Of a stretch of 64,000 bases of DNA, positions 13,142-25,864 are shown piece by piece. Source of the stretch: Eledone cirrhosa (Eukaryota); the NCBI GenBank assembly GCA_964016885.1, contig OZ024742.1, positions 93,186,001 through 93,250,000 of the forward strand, written 5' to 3'. The position numbers were made by a program, and so were the translations under genes. The notes beneath the pieces are model-generated. The model was not told the origin of the DNA. It was given only the letters and a program-made list of their open reading frames with translations, and made no database searches. How positions within the stretch are numbered: the first letter of the stretch is position 1; every line of letters starts with the position of its first letter.

Positions 13142-14770
13142 TCATCATTATCATCTCAGCGTCCACTTTCCCTGCTAGGAAGGGTTGGACGGGTCCATGT
13201 AGACCATGTCAGTACTGAAGGGGAGCCACTAATCTCCCAGGCAGGCCAGGCACCTGTGCATTTATATATGGTTTCACGTTCCATTGAGTGCTCAGGAGAG
13301 CTTGCCATGTCTTTGACACAACTGAGGGTTCACCCAATCCCTTTGTTTAGCATGATTGCTATGGCTGGATGCCCTCCCTATCCCCAACCACTTTGCAGTG
13401 TGTACTGGGTGTGTTTATCATCTAGATCACCAACACTAGAGAGGTTGTCACGTCCTTGATATGACTGGAGGGTCCTCTGTGTTAAGGGAAGTGGGTAAGG
13501 TAGGTTAGGTCACATAGTAAGCTGCAGGTCAGATCTTCTTCAGTACTGCATAGCACCAACCCTCATGGTCTTTAGTAATTTCTGTCGTATGATTTAGCTT
13601 TCTAAGGTCAATCCTTACAACCCCGTCCCATGTCTTCCTGAGTTTGCCTCTTCCATGGGTTTTCCCTGCATTTATTTATGCCACTGGGGTTTCCCTGCAT
13701 TTATTTATGCAGCTACCATCTTCCATGTGCATCACATGGCCATACCAACACAGTCTTCTCTCTTGCACACTACAACCAATTCCTCTTATGCTAAGTTTTC
13801 CCTCAGTTTGCTTATGCTATGTTGCTCATTCACACTAACATTGCACATCCATCAAAGCATACTTGACACATTCTTTTCTAGCTTTTGCAGGTTTTCTGCA
13901 GTGAAGGCTCATATTTCACTGCCATGTAACATTGCAATTTGCATAGAGGTTTTATACAATTTTGTTTTATCTATTATACTGCTGTGAAATTTTATAGCTG
14001 GTCTCTTGGTCGGGTCTTCATGGTATAGACCCTCACTGTCCCATTAATTTTCTTCATCTAGCATTCTCTCATAGTAAGTCTTCCATGCCTCTTTCTTTTC
14101 ATCATCAGACAGGGCAAGTGCTCTGTTACCATTTCAGACACTTTTCTCCAACCACATCACGATTTTCTCTAGCATACTCTCTCACAATCCTGAACATTTC
14201 ATGCCTCTGATCTTTATAATGCAGAACACATGGAAACTTCTTCTTTACTGCCTCTCCCCATGCTAGATATACTTGGCACCTAGCCTCCCTTCTTGCTATC
14301 TGGTATTACTTTCTGTCCCCTCTATTCCCCCATTTTCTCCAGGCTTGTTTTTTGTTTTAATGGCTCTTTCTACCTTTTCCTTCCACCACCATGCCACCCT
14401 CTATTTTGGTGGAACCTTGCTCCAGCTGCAGACCTGGCTTGTGGCTTCCAGCAGGTTGTCCCATAGAAATTTCCAATTTTTTTCGAAGTCATATGTCCCC
14501 ATCTCTTCCTTACTGTCATAAGCGTCAAGAAGGACTTTTCTAAATTTCTTAACTACCGAGGGCTCTCTCAACTTCCAAGTCTTCCTTCTCCATACTGGCT
14601 TTTATCTCTTGGTTCACCTAACTCTTACTCTAAGGTCCCTGACAACTAATCTATGTTGGGAGGTACATTCCTCCCCAGGGAAGGATTTGGTATTTATGAC
14701 CAATTGCTTGTTTTGTTTCCTGGTGAGGGTAAAGTCTAATTGGCTTATACGTTCCCTGATTGGTAGGTGA
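13142..14770 (-). mobile_element. Old degenerate RTE LINE with internal deletion
   Basis: Reverse strand has LHGSEIWAFTAENLQKLE- and RLCWYGHV-like segments, APE-to-RT linker sequence, RTE 3' UTR and (GAT) tail at 13142. Confidence 0.75.
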
Positions 14771-14789
14771 CCCTATAGTCTTACAAAAC

Positions 14790-16346
14790 AGCTAGGAGGG
14801 AACTTGGCTTCTGGTGTTCTGTGATGCTCTTGACTTAATGATCTATAATATAAACTTAAAAGAACCAGCCAACCACCTGATCAACAACAATAATAAACTT
14901 GAAATAGAAAACACATAAAAGCAAATTATGATAAAACTTCTTTATATACATTATGAGTTTTTCCTAATGGAGTATAAATGAAAAGTTTTTTTGAACTTCC
15001 AACATGTGAGCATCTGCATTATTGTACTTTTGGATATTTTGAAAAAAGTATTTTGATTCATTAGTTGCACAAATCAGCAGTCTCCTCAAGGGTTCTGGTA
15101 ATATTTTCAACTTGATCTTTCCATTTGAACAGCATAATCCACTTGACTCACCTTTCCATTTTTTAGCACCCCAATTTGGACAAATCTTGTGCATTCTGGT
15201 TTGTAATTAAAAGCAGCTAAGTTCCATCTGGCAACATTTTAAAATTGTAAATCTTCTGTTCTTGCTATCTGTTCACATATCCTTTCAGTTGTTTGAGCTT
15301 TAGTTTCTTCATGCTGCTTTTGAGCTGCTCTTTTCTCTCCATTTGTGATTTTCGTACATCTGACTCCTCTTGACAAATAGTTGCTTCCTTGTCCTATCAT
15401 CAAAGGGGCTTTTTGATCTTTGTTCTTCTGATTCATTCCGCCTATATTTTGCTGTTGTTTTTCTTTGTTTTTGGAGTCTTTCTTGTCACTACTCATTACC
15501 TTCATTCTCCCTTGGCAGTTGCTTTGCCATAGCTTTATGAGACTTTCTTCCAAATAAAATTCTATTCTTTGGTGGGCATTTTTGCTTGTAGCTTCCAAAA
15601 TCAATATTATTTGTCTAATAATTTAAAATTTTTCTGTTAATGATGGCTCTAAGTTGAGTCTAATTTTGTTGAATAAGTACTCACTGCATTAACTTTGTTA
15701 CCTTTCGGAAGCAGCAACAAAAATTTAACATAAATGAATATGAAAAAAAATGTTACAGGTTTCACAAATGTTACTTTCAACAGAATTTCCATAAATCAAA
15801 ATGTGTGCCACTCACTTTCTTCACTATTTTTATCTCTATTTTTTTCCTCTCCTCAGTCATTCATTGCTTAATTGCATCTTTCAGAGCTATATATGAAGAT
15901 GTGGAATATATATATATATACACATACGGAAATGATATTTAGAAAATATATATACTTATGGGCTAAATATGAAGTAGATATGACCATACAGAAGAGATAT
16001 AAATAATATATGACCACATGTTCCACTGCAGATAGAGGAGAGGATGGCTAATATGTTAATTGAATGCAGGAAAAAAAGTCAGACATTTGAACGACTTGAT
16101 TGGATTTTTGAACACGTATTGCTCACTTTCTTCACTTTTTTTATGTTTCTTTCTCTCCATGACTGCCAACATTTTATTCCAGACTCAGACAAACAGACAG
16201 ACAAACATATAAACGAATGAAAATGCTGCAGATCCAAATGTGAGGAAAACCCATTCCTGAGTCTAAAGAACTCACATGCCAAGTTTAAACATGATTGGTT
16301 CACTGGTTTTTAAGTGCATAGGAGACAAACAAACAAACAACTTTAT
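14790..16346 (-). mobile_element. Degenerate Helitron with RepHel N-terminal fragment
   Basis: ORF 14964-15194 ICPNWGAKKWKGESSGLCCSNGKIKL...FFQNIQKYN matches the Helitron Zn-finger motif (CxxCxAxxWxxE...CCxxGK...FxxNIRxYN); Helitron-type GTTT/GTCT-repeat 5' end near 16180-16346; ends approximate. Confidence 0.75.
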
Positions 16347-16991
16347 ACCCCCCCCCCCCCACACACACACACGTGCATACACACACACTCAGTCACGTAA
16401 ATTCTTGTTCATTTTGCTGATTGGATCATTATTATAGTTGTTATTATGATAGTGATGGTAATGGTAATAATTGTTTCTACTTTTGGCACAAGGCCAGCAA
16501 TTATCCCAGTGTATTACTGGTACTTTATTTTATCAACCCCGTAAGGATGAAAAGCAAAGTTAACCTCGGCTTGATTTGAACCCAAACCGCAAAGGGCCAT
16601 AACTCTTTGCTGCAAAGCATGGCGTCCGAACCTCTACCGATACTGCCAATCCACTGCCCTGGTAATGGTAATAATAATAATTGTTTCAATTTTGGTTGTA
16701 GTCACGTGAACTTCCTTAACATCTCAAATTGTACTTCAAATATATAGAAATCTGAGACACCTTTTTGCATAAAACTGAAAGAAATTCCCAACATCTGTTA
16801 GATGCAAGTTACAAGTCAGCATAGCCACATATCCCTCCATCTATTTTAAGTTTTGAAAATCATGAAACTTGTGAAACCGCTAAAGTTATAAGTTATTGTA
16901 AATAAACCCTCTTAAAGATTCCAATATCATTTTCAAACTCTTTTTCCTATATTTTTACACATGTGGGATATAATAAAAAAAATTACTTTCA

Positions 16992-17039
<48 letters not shown>

Positions 17040-17040
17040 T

Positions 17041-18440
17041 TCCTGAAAACTTGCTGTCCCAGTCCGTTGTCCCAGTCTTCAAAAAGGGAAATAAGTCCCT
17101 TGCAGTGAACTACCGTCTGATCTCACTGACCTCTCATATTATCAAGGTATTTGAGAGGGTGGTGAGATCATGAATAACCCACTTTCTTGAAAGCAAAGAC
17201 CTGCTGAACTCCAACCAACATGGTTTCCGTAATGGAAGGGACTGCCTAATGCAGCTCCTGCGTCACTTTGACGATGTTTTGAGAGCCTTGGGAGAGGGCT
17301 CCAACACTAATGTCATCTACCTTGATTTCAGCAAGGTCTTCGACATGGTTGATCATAAGATTCTACTGAAAAAACTATCCAATGTTGGTGTATCTGGAAG
17401 GTTACTACAGTGGATCAAATGTTTCCTGACCGACATAACCCAGCATGTTGTAGTCGAAGGAGTAAAATCAAGCCCTGCCAAAGTCAGCAGTGGCGTCCTA
17501 CAAGGCACTGTGTTGGGCCCACTTCTTTTCATCATCTACATTAATGACATTACTGACATCATCAAGCACAGCAACATAAGAATCTTTGCAGATGATTACA
17601 AGCTCCAAAGGATCATCAACGAGGCGGGTGACCGGACTTGCCTTCATCAGACCTACTGGCTGTTATCCAATGGGCAGAAAAGAATAATATGCTGTTGAAT
17701 GAGGATAAGTTTGAATTAATCCACTTTGGAAAAAGGATGCTCTGAAACTACCATACTCTCTTCCTTCAGGTGAAACTCTGGTGGCATCCAACAACATCAG
17801 AGACCTGGGAGTAATTGTGGACAGCAACATAAGCTGGGTCACTCATATAAACAGCAAAGTTGATATGGCCCACAGAATGTGTTCCTGGATTCTCAGAACT
17901 TTCCAGTTGAGAGATATCCACACTGTTATCCTTCTCTTCACTTTTGTCTGACCCTACCTTGAATACTGTTGTCCACTGTGGTCTCCCCACACGAAACAAA
18001 GTATCATGAAAGTTGAAGCACCCCAAAGGTCAATTACAAAAACGATAGATGGCATGACAGGCCTTGACTATTGGAGTCGATTAGAAAAACTCAAACTTTA
18101 TTCTCTCCAATGTCGCCGTGAGCGCTACATTATCTGCATGATGTGGAAAATATTCCATCAGCTTTGCCCAAATGATGTTGGCATCACCTTTAATGTACAC
18201 CCAAGGCTTGGGCCCTGTGCTATCCGCCCACGACAAAAATCTCACTCGCATCTCATAACAACAATATGGCACAATTATTTCACCTCAATTGGCCCTGCTC
18301 TCTTTAACATTACACCAAGACACATCAAAGCAGAAACAGACCCCATCAAGTTCAAGAAGTCTTTGGATAAATTCCTTCAAGAAATCCCGGATAAGCCTCC
18401 TACACCCGGATATGCCTCCGTAAACAATAACTCTCTGCTC
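17041..18440 (+). mobile_element. CR1/L2-group LINE RT pseudogene fragment
   Basis: NYRLISLTSHIIKVFERVV, VIYLDFSKVFDMVDH, GVLQGTVLGPLLFIIYIND, FADD, LYSLQCRRERY; stops and frameshifts; 5' end abuts (TA)n. Confidence 0.9.
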
Positions 18441-18805
18441 CGTTCTTCCACGCTAGCATGGGTTAGACGGGTTGTCCTGTTGTGGTCAGTGTCCAATCGG
18501 CTGACCTTGTCTTGCCCATACGGGAACTGATTCTGGTTTGATTTCTACAGCTGGATGTCTTTCCTAACACCAACCTCATTTACAGTGAGTGCTGGGTGCT
18601 TTTTTGTATGGCACCTCCACAACCACTTTGCAGTGGAATGATAGGGACCCCAGTCCTATCATCTCATTTCTACAGCTGAGTAAACTAGAGCAATGTGAAA
18701 TAATGTGTCTTGCTCAAGGAAACAACACATCACCCGGTCTGAGAATTGAACTCACAACCTTTTGATTGCAAGCCCAATGCTCTAACCACTAAGCCATGCG
18801 CCTTC
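18441..18805 (-). mobile_element. tRNA-headed SINE with RTE-derived tail (family B)
   Basis: Reverse complement of the 35825-36152 copy; box A/box B head at the right end. Confidence 0.85.
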
Positions 18806-18833
18806 ACACACACATATATATATATATATATAT

Positions 18834-19037
18834 GAAACTTTTCGGACTTTCACAGTTATCTCCCTTACACCTCTCGCACGCATTTTAGCATTTCCTGTGT
18901 GAAGTGACCGGTTTCTGTGCATGCGCGTTGATATGGTTGTCCTTCCTGTTCCGTATAACCATGTCCATTACGAGCTGAAGATCCGCTAAGGTGAAACAAT
19001 TGTTCTCGGTATGGTGAACTAACTGTTGTGTAACCAC

Positions 19038-19040
<3 letters not shown>
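18834..19040 (+). mobile_element. 207-bp insert in (TA)n carrying a minimal hammerhead
   Basis: (TA)n both sides; cgag-CTGAAGA(18975)-tccgctaaggt-GAAA(18993)-caattg-TT-ctcg; palindromic stem III acaattgt; stem II weak. Confidence 0.6.
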
Positions 19041-19088
<48 letters not shown>

Positions 19089-19090
<2 letters not shown>

Positions 19091-19279
19091 AAAAAGTATG
19101 ACTCCGACGGCAGAGCTCAAGCCGTTTCGACGGCTATTTCTGGTCCAGAAATAGCCGTCGAAACGGCTTGAGCTCTGCCGTCGGGGTCATACTTTTTCCT
19201 ATTTCCCACTCTACTACCGTAAGTATTGAGTACTCTGGTGCATTATGGTCCATCTGGTTCCTTACCACAATTCCTTTAT

Positions 19280-19280
<1 letters not shown>
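19089..19280 (+). mobile_element. Fold-back element in (TA)n, copy 2
   Basis: 57-bp arms 19087-19143 and 19145-19201 with one mismatch; GAAA 19160-19163; GTC 19180-19182; ~80-bp unique tail. Confidence 0.85.
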
Positions 19281-19361
<81 letters not shown>

Positions 19362-19392
19362 TATGTATGTGTGTGTGTCTGTGCATGAGGAG

Positions 19393-19483
<91 letters not shown>

Positions 19484-21692
19484 ATCAAATGCTGAATATT
19501 TCAGATACAAAACTTTCAAGCAATACAAATGTTTGTTAACATTTTGAAGTTTATTCCCACATTTATTTATCTTATTTATTTTTAAAATTTAGATATCTGT
19601 TTCTTTATTTTCAAATACTGTACTTGTTTTTACTGTTAGTGGTCTTGTATTTTTCAACTGCATTTTAGATAATTGTATGTGTGGCTGCTTTTTTTTTTCT
19701 TTAACACCTTTTCAGACTGATTTAATTAGCTGCTTCTATCGACCCTTTAATTAGACAAAAAAATAAAGAAGAAAATCCCAGCTGTTTATCTAGCCACTTA
19801 GTATAAAGTTGTGTTAAAAAATATATTGCAGAAACATAGTTTGTGTTTTTATTTCCCCCTTGTCATCATACTGAGCAAACCACTTGTTAAATGTAAATGT
19901 GATCTGTATAGTTGTAATAAAACTAGTCAAGCTGTTTTACTGTGTGGCTTATTGCTGGGCTCATGATTGTAAGGTTGTGAGTTCAATACTGTATTTTATA
20001 TTGATCCACTTCCATCAGCTGGAAAATAAAAATGAGTACCAGCAGCAGTAGTTGCTAGTACTCTGTAGTTGCGAATTAACCCTGTGATGGACTGTTGATG
20101 CCGGCATGGCTGAGTTTATATTGTAATCATAAGTTTATATTGTAATCATGAGGTCTTGGATCTTTATCATAGTCTTGGGTTATGCCAAGACTAGTGAGTA
20201 TAATTTGATAGATGGAAATTCTTTGGAAGCCAGTCAGATGCACTATACCTGTAAATCAAAGATCCACTCATGTCACATGTGTCATGGTGATTTTGTCTGA
20301 AAATTATCGTGTCTGTAGAATACTCCACTACTTACATCTTAATTCATAAGTTGGATAATCATTTGTTTTGATAATAAAATTATCATAGTTAAAAGCAACC
20401 ATAATTAGTTAAGCTATTTGTCAAGGGTTACGACCAGCATATGTTATCAGCAATAGAAAGACCAATAGAAACATAGTTTCCTTAGTCTAATTTGATGATC
20501 AGCTTCTTTTCTATAACAGTACTATAATACAGTTATAGATGTACAAATATTAAATTAAATACACGAAATCATAGGTCTGACCAAAAGGGAGAGTATGTAG
20601 GACATTTGGCACGGGCATATGATTTTTAGGGGTCACCTAATCTGAAGTTCAAGCTCTTTTATTCTGTTTTGTTTCTTGTAAGTACATCATTTACACTATG
20701 TGTTCATATATATAGTCATAATTCATACATAAATCATATATAATTAGTACTGATAACTAAAACATTTAGTGAGCAGTTTTAAATATGATGTACATCTTAT
20801 ATCTGGCTTGGGTCTATTACCAGTGGGAGGGTGGGGGAGGAACTATATTTTACATCTGGCCTGAACCTGTTACCAGCTGGTGGATGACTACATTTTACAA
20901 CTGGCTCAGATATAATTCCAGCTTGGTGGTGTGGGGCTGCTTTTTACATCTGGCCTGGACATATTACTATCTTCAGAGTGGAGGGTGTAGAATTATATTT
21001 TACATCTGGCCCAGACCTATTACTAGCTTGAGGGTGAAGGGAGGTGAACTATAGCCACCACCACCACCACTATTATAATTGCCACCCCTATTACCACCAG
21101 TATCATTGAAGCCATAAACACCATTACTATTACTAACACCATCACCACCACCACACCACCACCATTAAAACCATCATCACCATTACAACTAGCGCCATTG
21201 TTTGCCACCCCCACCTCATCAACCCTTACCAATATAACTACCATCACTATTACCTTTCGCCTCAGCTTACCACCACCACCATCATCATCTCCATACCTCC
21301 ACCTATCATCATTACAATCATCATCATAATCATTAATGACAAAAATCAATAAGAAAGATAACAGCTACAGATAGACTCACTCACTAAATAAAGTTAACTA
21401 AAAACATTGAATAAAACAAAAAAAAACAACAAAGAGCAACAACAAAAGTTATGAAAAACATGAAAAAGATAAAACTCGAACACTTTTTGAAAATAGAAAA
21501 TATGAGAAAACAACAAAACCACCCTATAAAAAACAAACAACTTGGTTCCGATGTTATCAGATTTTCTTTGATTTTTGCATTTTATATTTTATTCTATATT
21601 TTTTTATAATTTATTTTATTTTATCCGGTCTGTTTAAATATTGAAGGTAATGTCGTGTGAGTTTTCACAGTTTCAGTTGCCACCTTGTAACT

Positions 21693-21824
21693 TGTGTATA
21701 TGTGTGCATGTATGTGTGTGTGTGTCTGTGTGTGTGTGTGCATGTATGTGTGTGTGTCTCTGTGTGTGTGTCTGTGTGTATCTGTCTGTGTGTGTGTGTC
21801 TCTCTGTGTGTGTCTGTGTGTGCC

Positions 21825-21864
<40 letters not shown>

Positions 21865-21873
21865 TCTGTGTGT

Positions 21874-21941
<68 letters not shown>
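21693..21941. repeat. (TG)n/(TC) compound microsatellite
   Basis: Direct inspection. Confidence 0.95.
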
Positions 21942-21943
<2 letters not shown>

Positions 21944-24057
21944 ATGCAGGTTTTTTTTTTTTTTTACCTGTGCAGGAATAAGTTTAAATAAATAATAATT
22001 CTCTCAGAGAATTTCTGTAGCAATTCTTGAATCAACTACAGTGGAATTGTGTCAGAGGAGATGAGGAGGCAAGGAGAAGGAGAAAACAAATAAACAGAAA
22101 GAGAAGAGGCAGAAGTTGATATGAGATAGAGAAAAAAAAACATAGGCAAATATTATAATACACCCCCCTCTCACAAACAAAAGTTAAACAAGTAAACAGA
22201 AAAAGAAGAGGCAGAGGATGATAAAAAAAAAGAGATAGAGAAAAAAACACATGTAGGCAAACAAAAAAATATATATATCAAAATAACTTAAAAAATAACA
22301 AAAAAACTCTTACTCTTCAGTGAAATTCCAATTATTGAATACATAGTGTGAATTATTGAATAGCTTCAATGGGGATATAAAATTACATTCTAACTGCAAA
22401 TCTCGGATATACTTAGGTGTTAAGTTAAATATCATCTATTCTGTGTTATTTGGTCTGAAAGAATAGCAGCTATGTGTGTAGTAAAACTGTTGTACTTCTT
22501 GTGTTTTAGCTTGTTTTCTTGTTAATGTAAATTCTAAGTATCACATGTGCCTACTTGGTATTTCCCTTACTTCGGGCTGAATGTGATATCATCTCTTCAA
22601 GTGGCTGACTGTGCGTGATATATTCAGGTGTGGAGGAGATATCTGGAGATACCTGCACAGACAGTTAATAATGATTGCAGTCTTTGATAGATGTAAATCT
22701 GGCCGGTCTGCCGCAGAGCATAGATGAGATTGTCTGTAGTGTGGGGTAGCACTTGGTACAACGGAAATCTCTGACTGTCTATTTGTTTGTATCTCTCTGT
22801 TTCTGTGTTTCTAAGTCTCTTTGTTTGTCTCATTGACTCATTAGAAATAAACTTTGATCTCACTGCTTGGAAAGATGGTCACATGTTACCATACCATAGA
22901 TTAACCCAAGTAGCCTGATGAGTGTAATTAGATAAAGAAACTGTGTGGCAGCTGATCAAATGGACTGTACTTATAATCCAAAGGCCCATTTGAGAATTAC
23001 ATTAAGTGCACATGTGCCTGTTGAATATGCAACCATTTACATTATAATTCAAAGCAAAAAAATTTATAATTCCATCTTTTTATAAGATTTGAAGCCTATA
23101 GCCAGAACCATAATAAAGCAGTTGACTTAAGAAGCATTGAAAAATGTACAAAGCGAATAATTTTGGGAGAGGGGAAAGCCAGTTAAATCAACCCTAATGT
23201 TTAACTACGACTTTATTTTATCAACTTTGGAAGGATGAAAGGCATCATCGATTTTGGTGGGATTTCACCTCAGAATATAAAAACTGAAATTAATATTGCA
23301 AGGAATTTTGCCTGAAATTTTACAAATTCTGCCACCCATCACTTTCATAACAACAACAATAACAATAATAATTTTTAACATGTACTTGGCTACAGATTTG
23401 TAGGAAGGGACTACATGATTATATCAACTCCAGTACTTGACTAGTATTTTAATTGATCTACCCAGAGAGGCAGAAAGGCAAAGTTGATTTTGACTGGATT
23501 TCAACTCAGAATGTAAAGAGACAGAGCAAATATCATGAATCATATTCTCTGGTGTTCTAACAACAATAATAATAATAATAATTTTTAACATATTTTTGTG
23601 AAAGACCAAAGGAGGGAGATAAGAATTTGTGACACTCATTGTTTTCTTAACCCTTTCATTACCATATATCCAATGAAATACACTATACTTGGATTAATTA
23701 TTGAAGAATTTGAGGGGATTTACTAAAATTATTATTTCATTACTAAAGTAGTAAATTAACGTATGGTTTATCATCATCATCATTTTTACATCCCTTTCTT
23801 CCACACGCTTGCATGGGTTGACAGGTACTTTTTAGCACACCATCACTTCAGTCACTGCATTCCTTTGTCATCTCTTTTGTGAGTCTCAGTGTTTGAGATC
23901 AGTTCTCACCATTTCTGCCCAGGTTTTTCTTGGTCTAGCTCTATTGCAATGTGACATGCAATATACTTATACTTTCAACAAAACTTAATGCTTAGCTATA
24001 GCTATTTAATGCTCACTGAATTCTTCCTGTTGAGCATTTAAGGTTTAACAGGTGATG

Positions 24058-24235
24058 TATGAGGGTTGGCTGAAAAGTTCATAAGCTGACCAAGATATTC
24101 TCATGAAATGACCAAATGAGGTTTATTTTTCAACATAGTCCCAGGAAAAAACAATGCAGTTATTAATAAGAAGAGTTGAAATTAATGCATGCAAGATTTC
24201 ACAGCTCTAGCATTACTCCTTCATAGAAATGAGAC
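24058..24235. mobile_element. Tc1/mariner-type MITE relic
   Basis: ta|tgagggttggctgaaaagttcat terminus; homologous to 53536 and 58197 copies. Confidence 0.65.
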
Positions 24236-25768
24236 AAGCATGCTCTGATGGATGAGTAATAGTAGTATACCTGAGTGACAAAACACAAATTAACTGAGAG
24301 ACTGGACATAAGAGGAATCAGCTGCTGTGAGCAGGAGAAGAGACTACAATGGTATGGACATATGAGCCATATGAAGGTTGCCAGCTGCATAAATAAATGC
24401 AGCATGCTCAAAGTCAAACAAACCATTTGCAGCTTAACCACACAAAAGAGATGACCCAAGGTCAAGAAAATTGTTGATATTCCACCATACAGGGGATTCA
24501 CCATCCCATGCAAGTGAGATGGAATGAGCACAAGGAAGATGACCTCCACCTGCTAGTAAGCTCCTCACCCCCAACCTTCACCTACCTCCTTATATAAGCC
24601 TGACTGAGCAGAGAGGTGATATAAACACTCAGGTTCTTCCTCCCATTCACCTGCCAGTATACTCCTGAATTCTCTGCCAGCATGCTCCTGATTTCCTTCT
24701 GCTACCCTAAAACCAAAGAAACAGATAGACGGATCAACTCTTATGGCCTTACCTTCCAATATACTATTGACTTCCTTGCCAATCCCATGTTAGCATGGAA
24801 AGCTAAGACAAAACTTGACTGATTAACCTTTCCTACTAAACCGTTGTCCTCCCCTCCTCTGACACATGTTTCCTGTCCAACTGTGGCCACCGCAGAAAAC
24901 CACACACATTTGCTCCAAGGCCACCCTTATCATCCAACAAGTAGCATATAAATGGAAGCGAAGCCCCTCCCCCCATCAAATATCATCAAGTTGCTTCAAA
25001 GCCACCCTCATGATCTGACACTCATCTCCCTGCAGCACGATGTTTGTACTTCAGCAAGCTGCAACAACCATCAATGGCTCCTCAGCGATACCAAGGACAC
25101 TGAGAACCTTAACGTTCTAAGGAGGTTGTGCTTGTGCCATGAGGAAATACACCCAGCTCAGCCTATAAGGTGGTAGTTTTGGTGCCATGACAAAAAGCAA
25201 CCAGTCTACCTTGTAAGGTGGTAGTTCTAGAGTCACAACTAAAAACTCCTAGTACATGCTATAAAGTAGTTAGTGTTAGAAAGTGTCTCCACCTCTAGAA
25301 ACCATGCTCTCAGTACACACTGTAAAGTGGTTGGAAACTATGTTCTCAGTACTTGATGTAAAGTAGCTGGCATTAGGAAGGGCATTCAGCTGTGTTAAAC
25401 TAGTCACCTGACCATCTGGCCTCAGCAGCTAACCCATGTAAGCATGGAAAATAGGCATTAAATGGTGATGATGATGGTATATACACATACACACACACAT
25501 ATACACACATATATATATATGTATATGTATATATATATGAATGTATATCTATCTATATATATCTATCTATCTCTATATATATATATGCATGTATATGTAT
25601 ATATGTATATCTATCTCTATGTATATAGTATTTAATTAGAGCTACTGTTTCCCAGTCCTTCTAGGAGAACAGTAGCTGCAATTAAGTAGTGATTTCATCC
25701 AACCCATGTTAGTATTGAAAAACAGATGGAAAACGATGATATATATATATATATGAGAGAGATAGAGA

Positions 25769-25864
<96 letters not shown>

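Noticed and set aside
22915-22960. CTGATGA...GAAA as a hammerhead
   Set aside because: No stems; matches a decayed SINE body (gccttgtgagtg...gaaactgtg)
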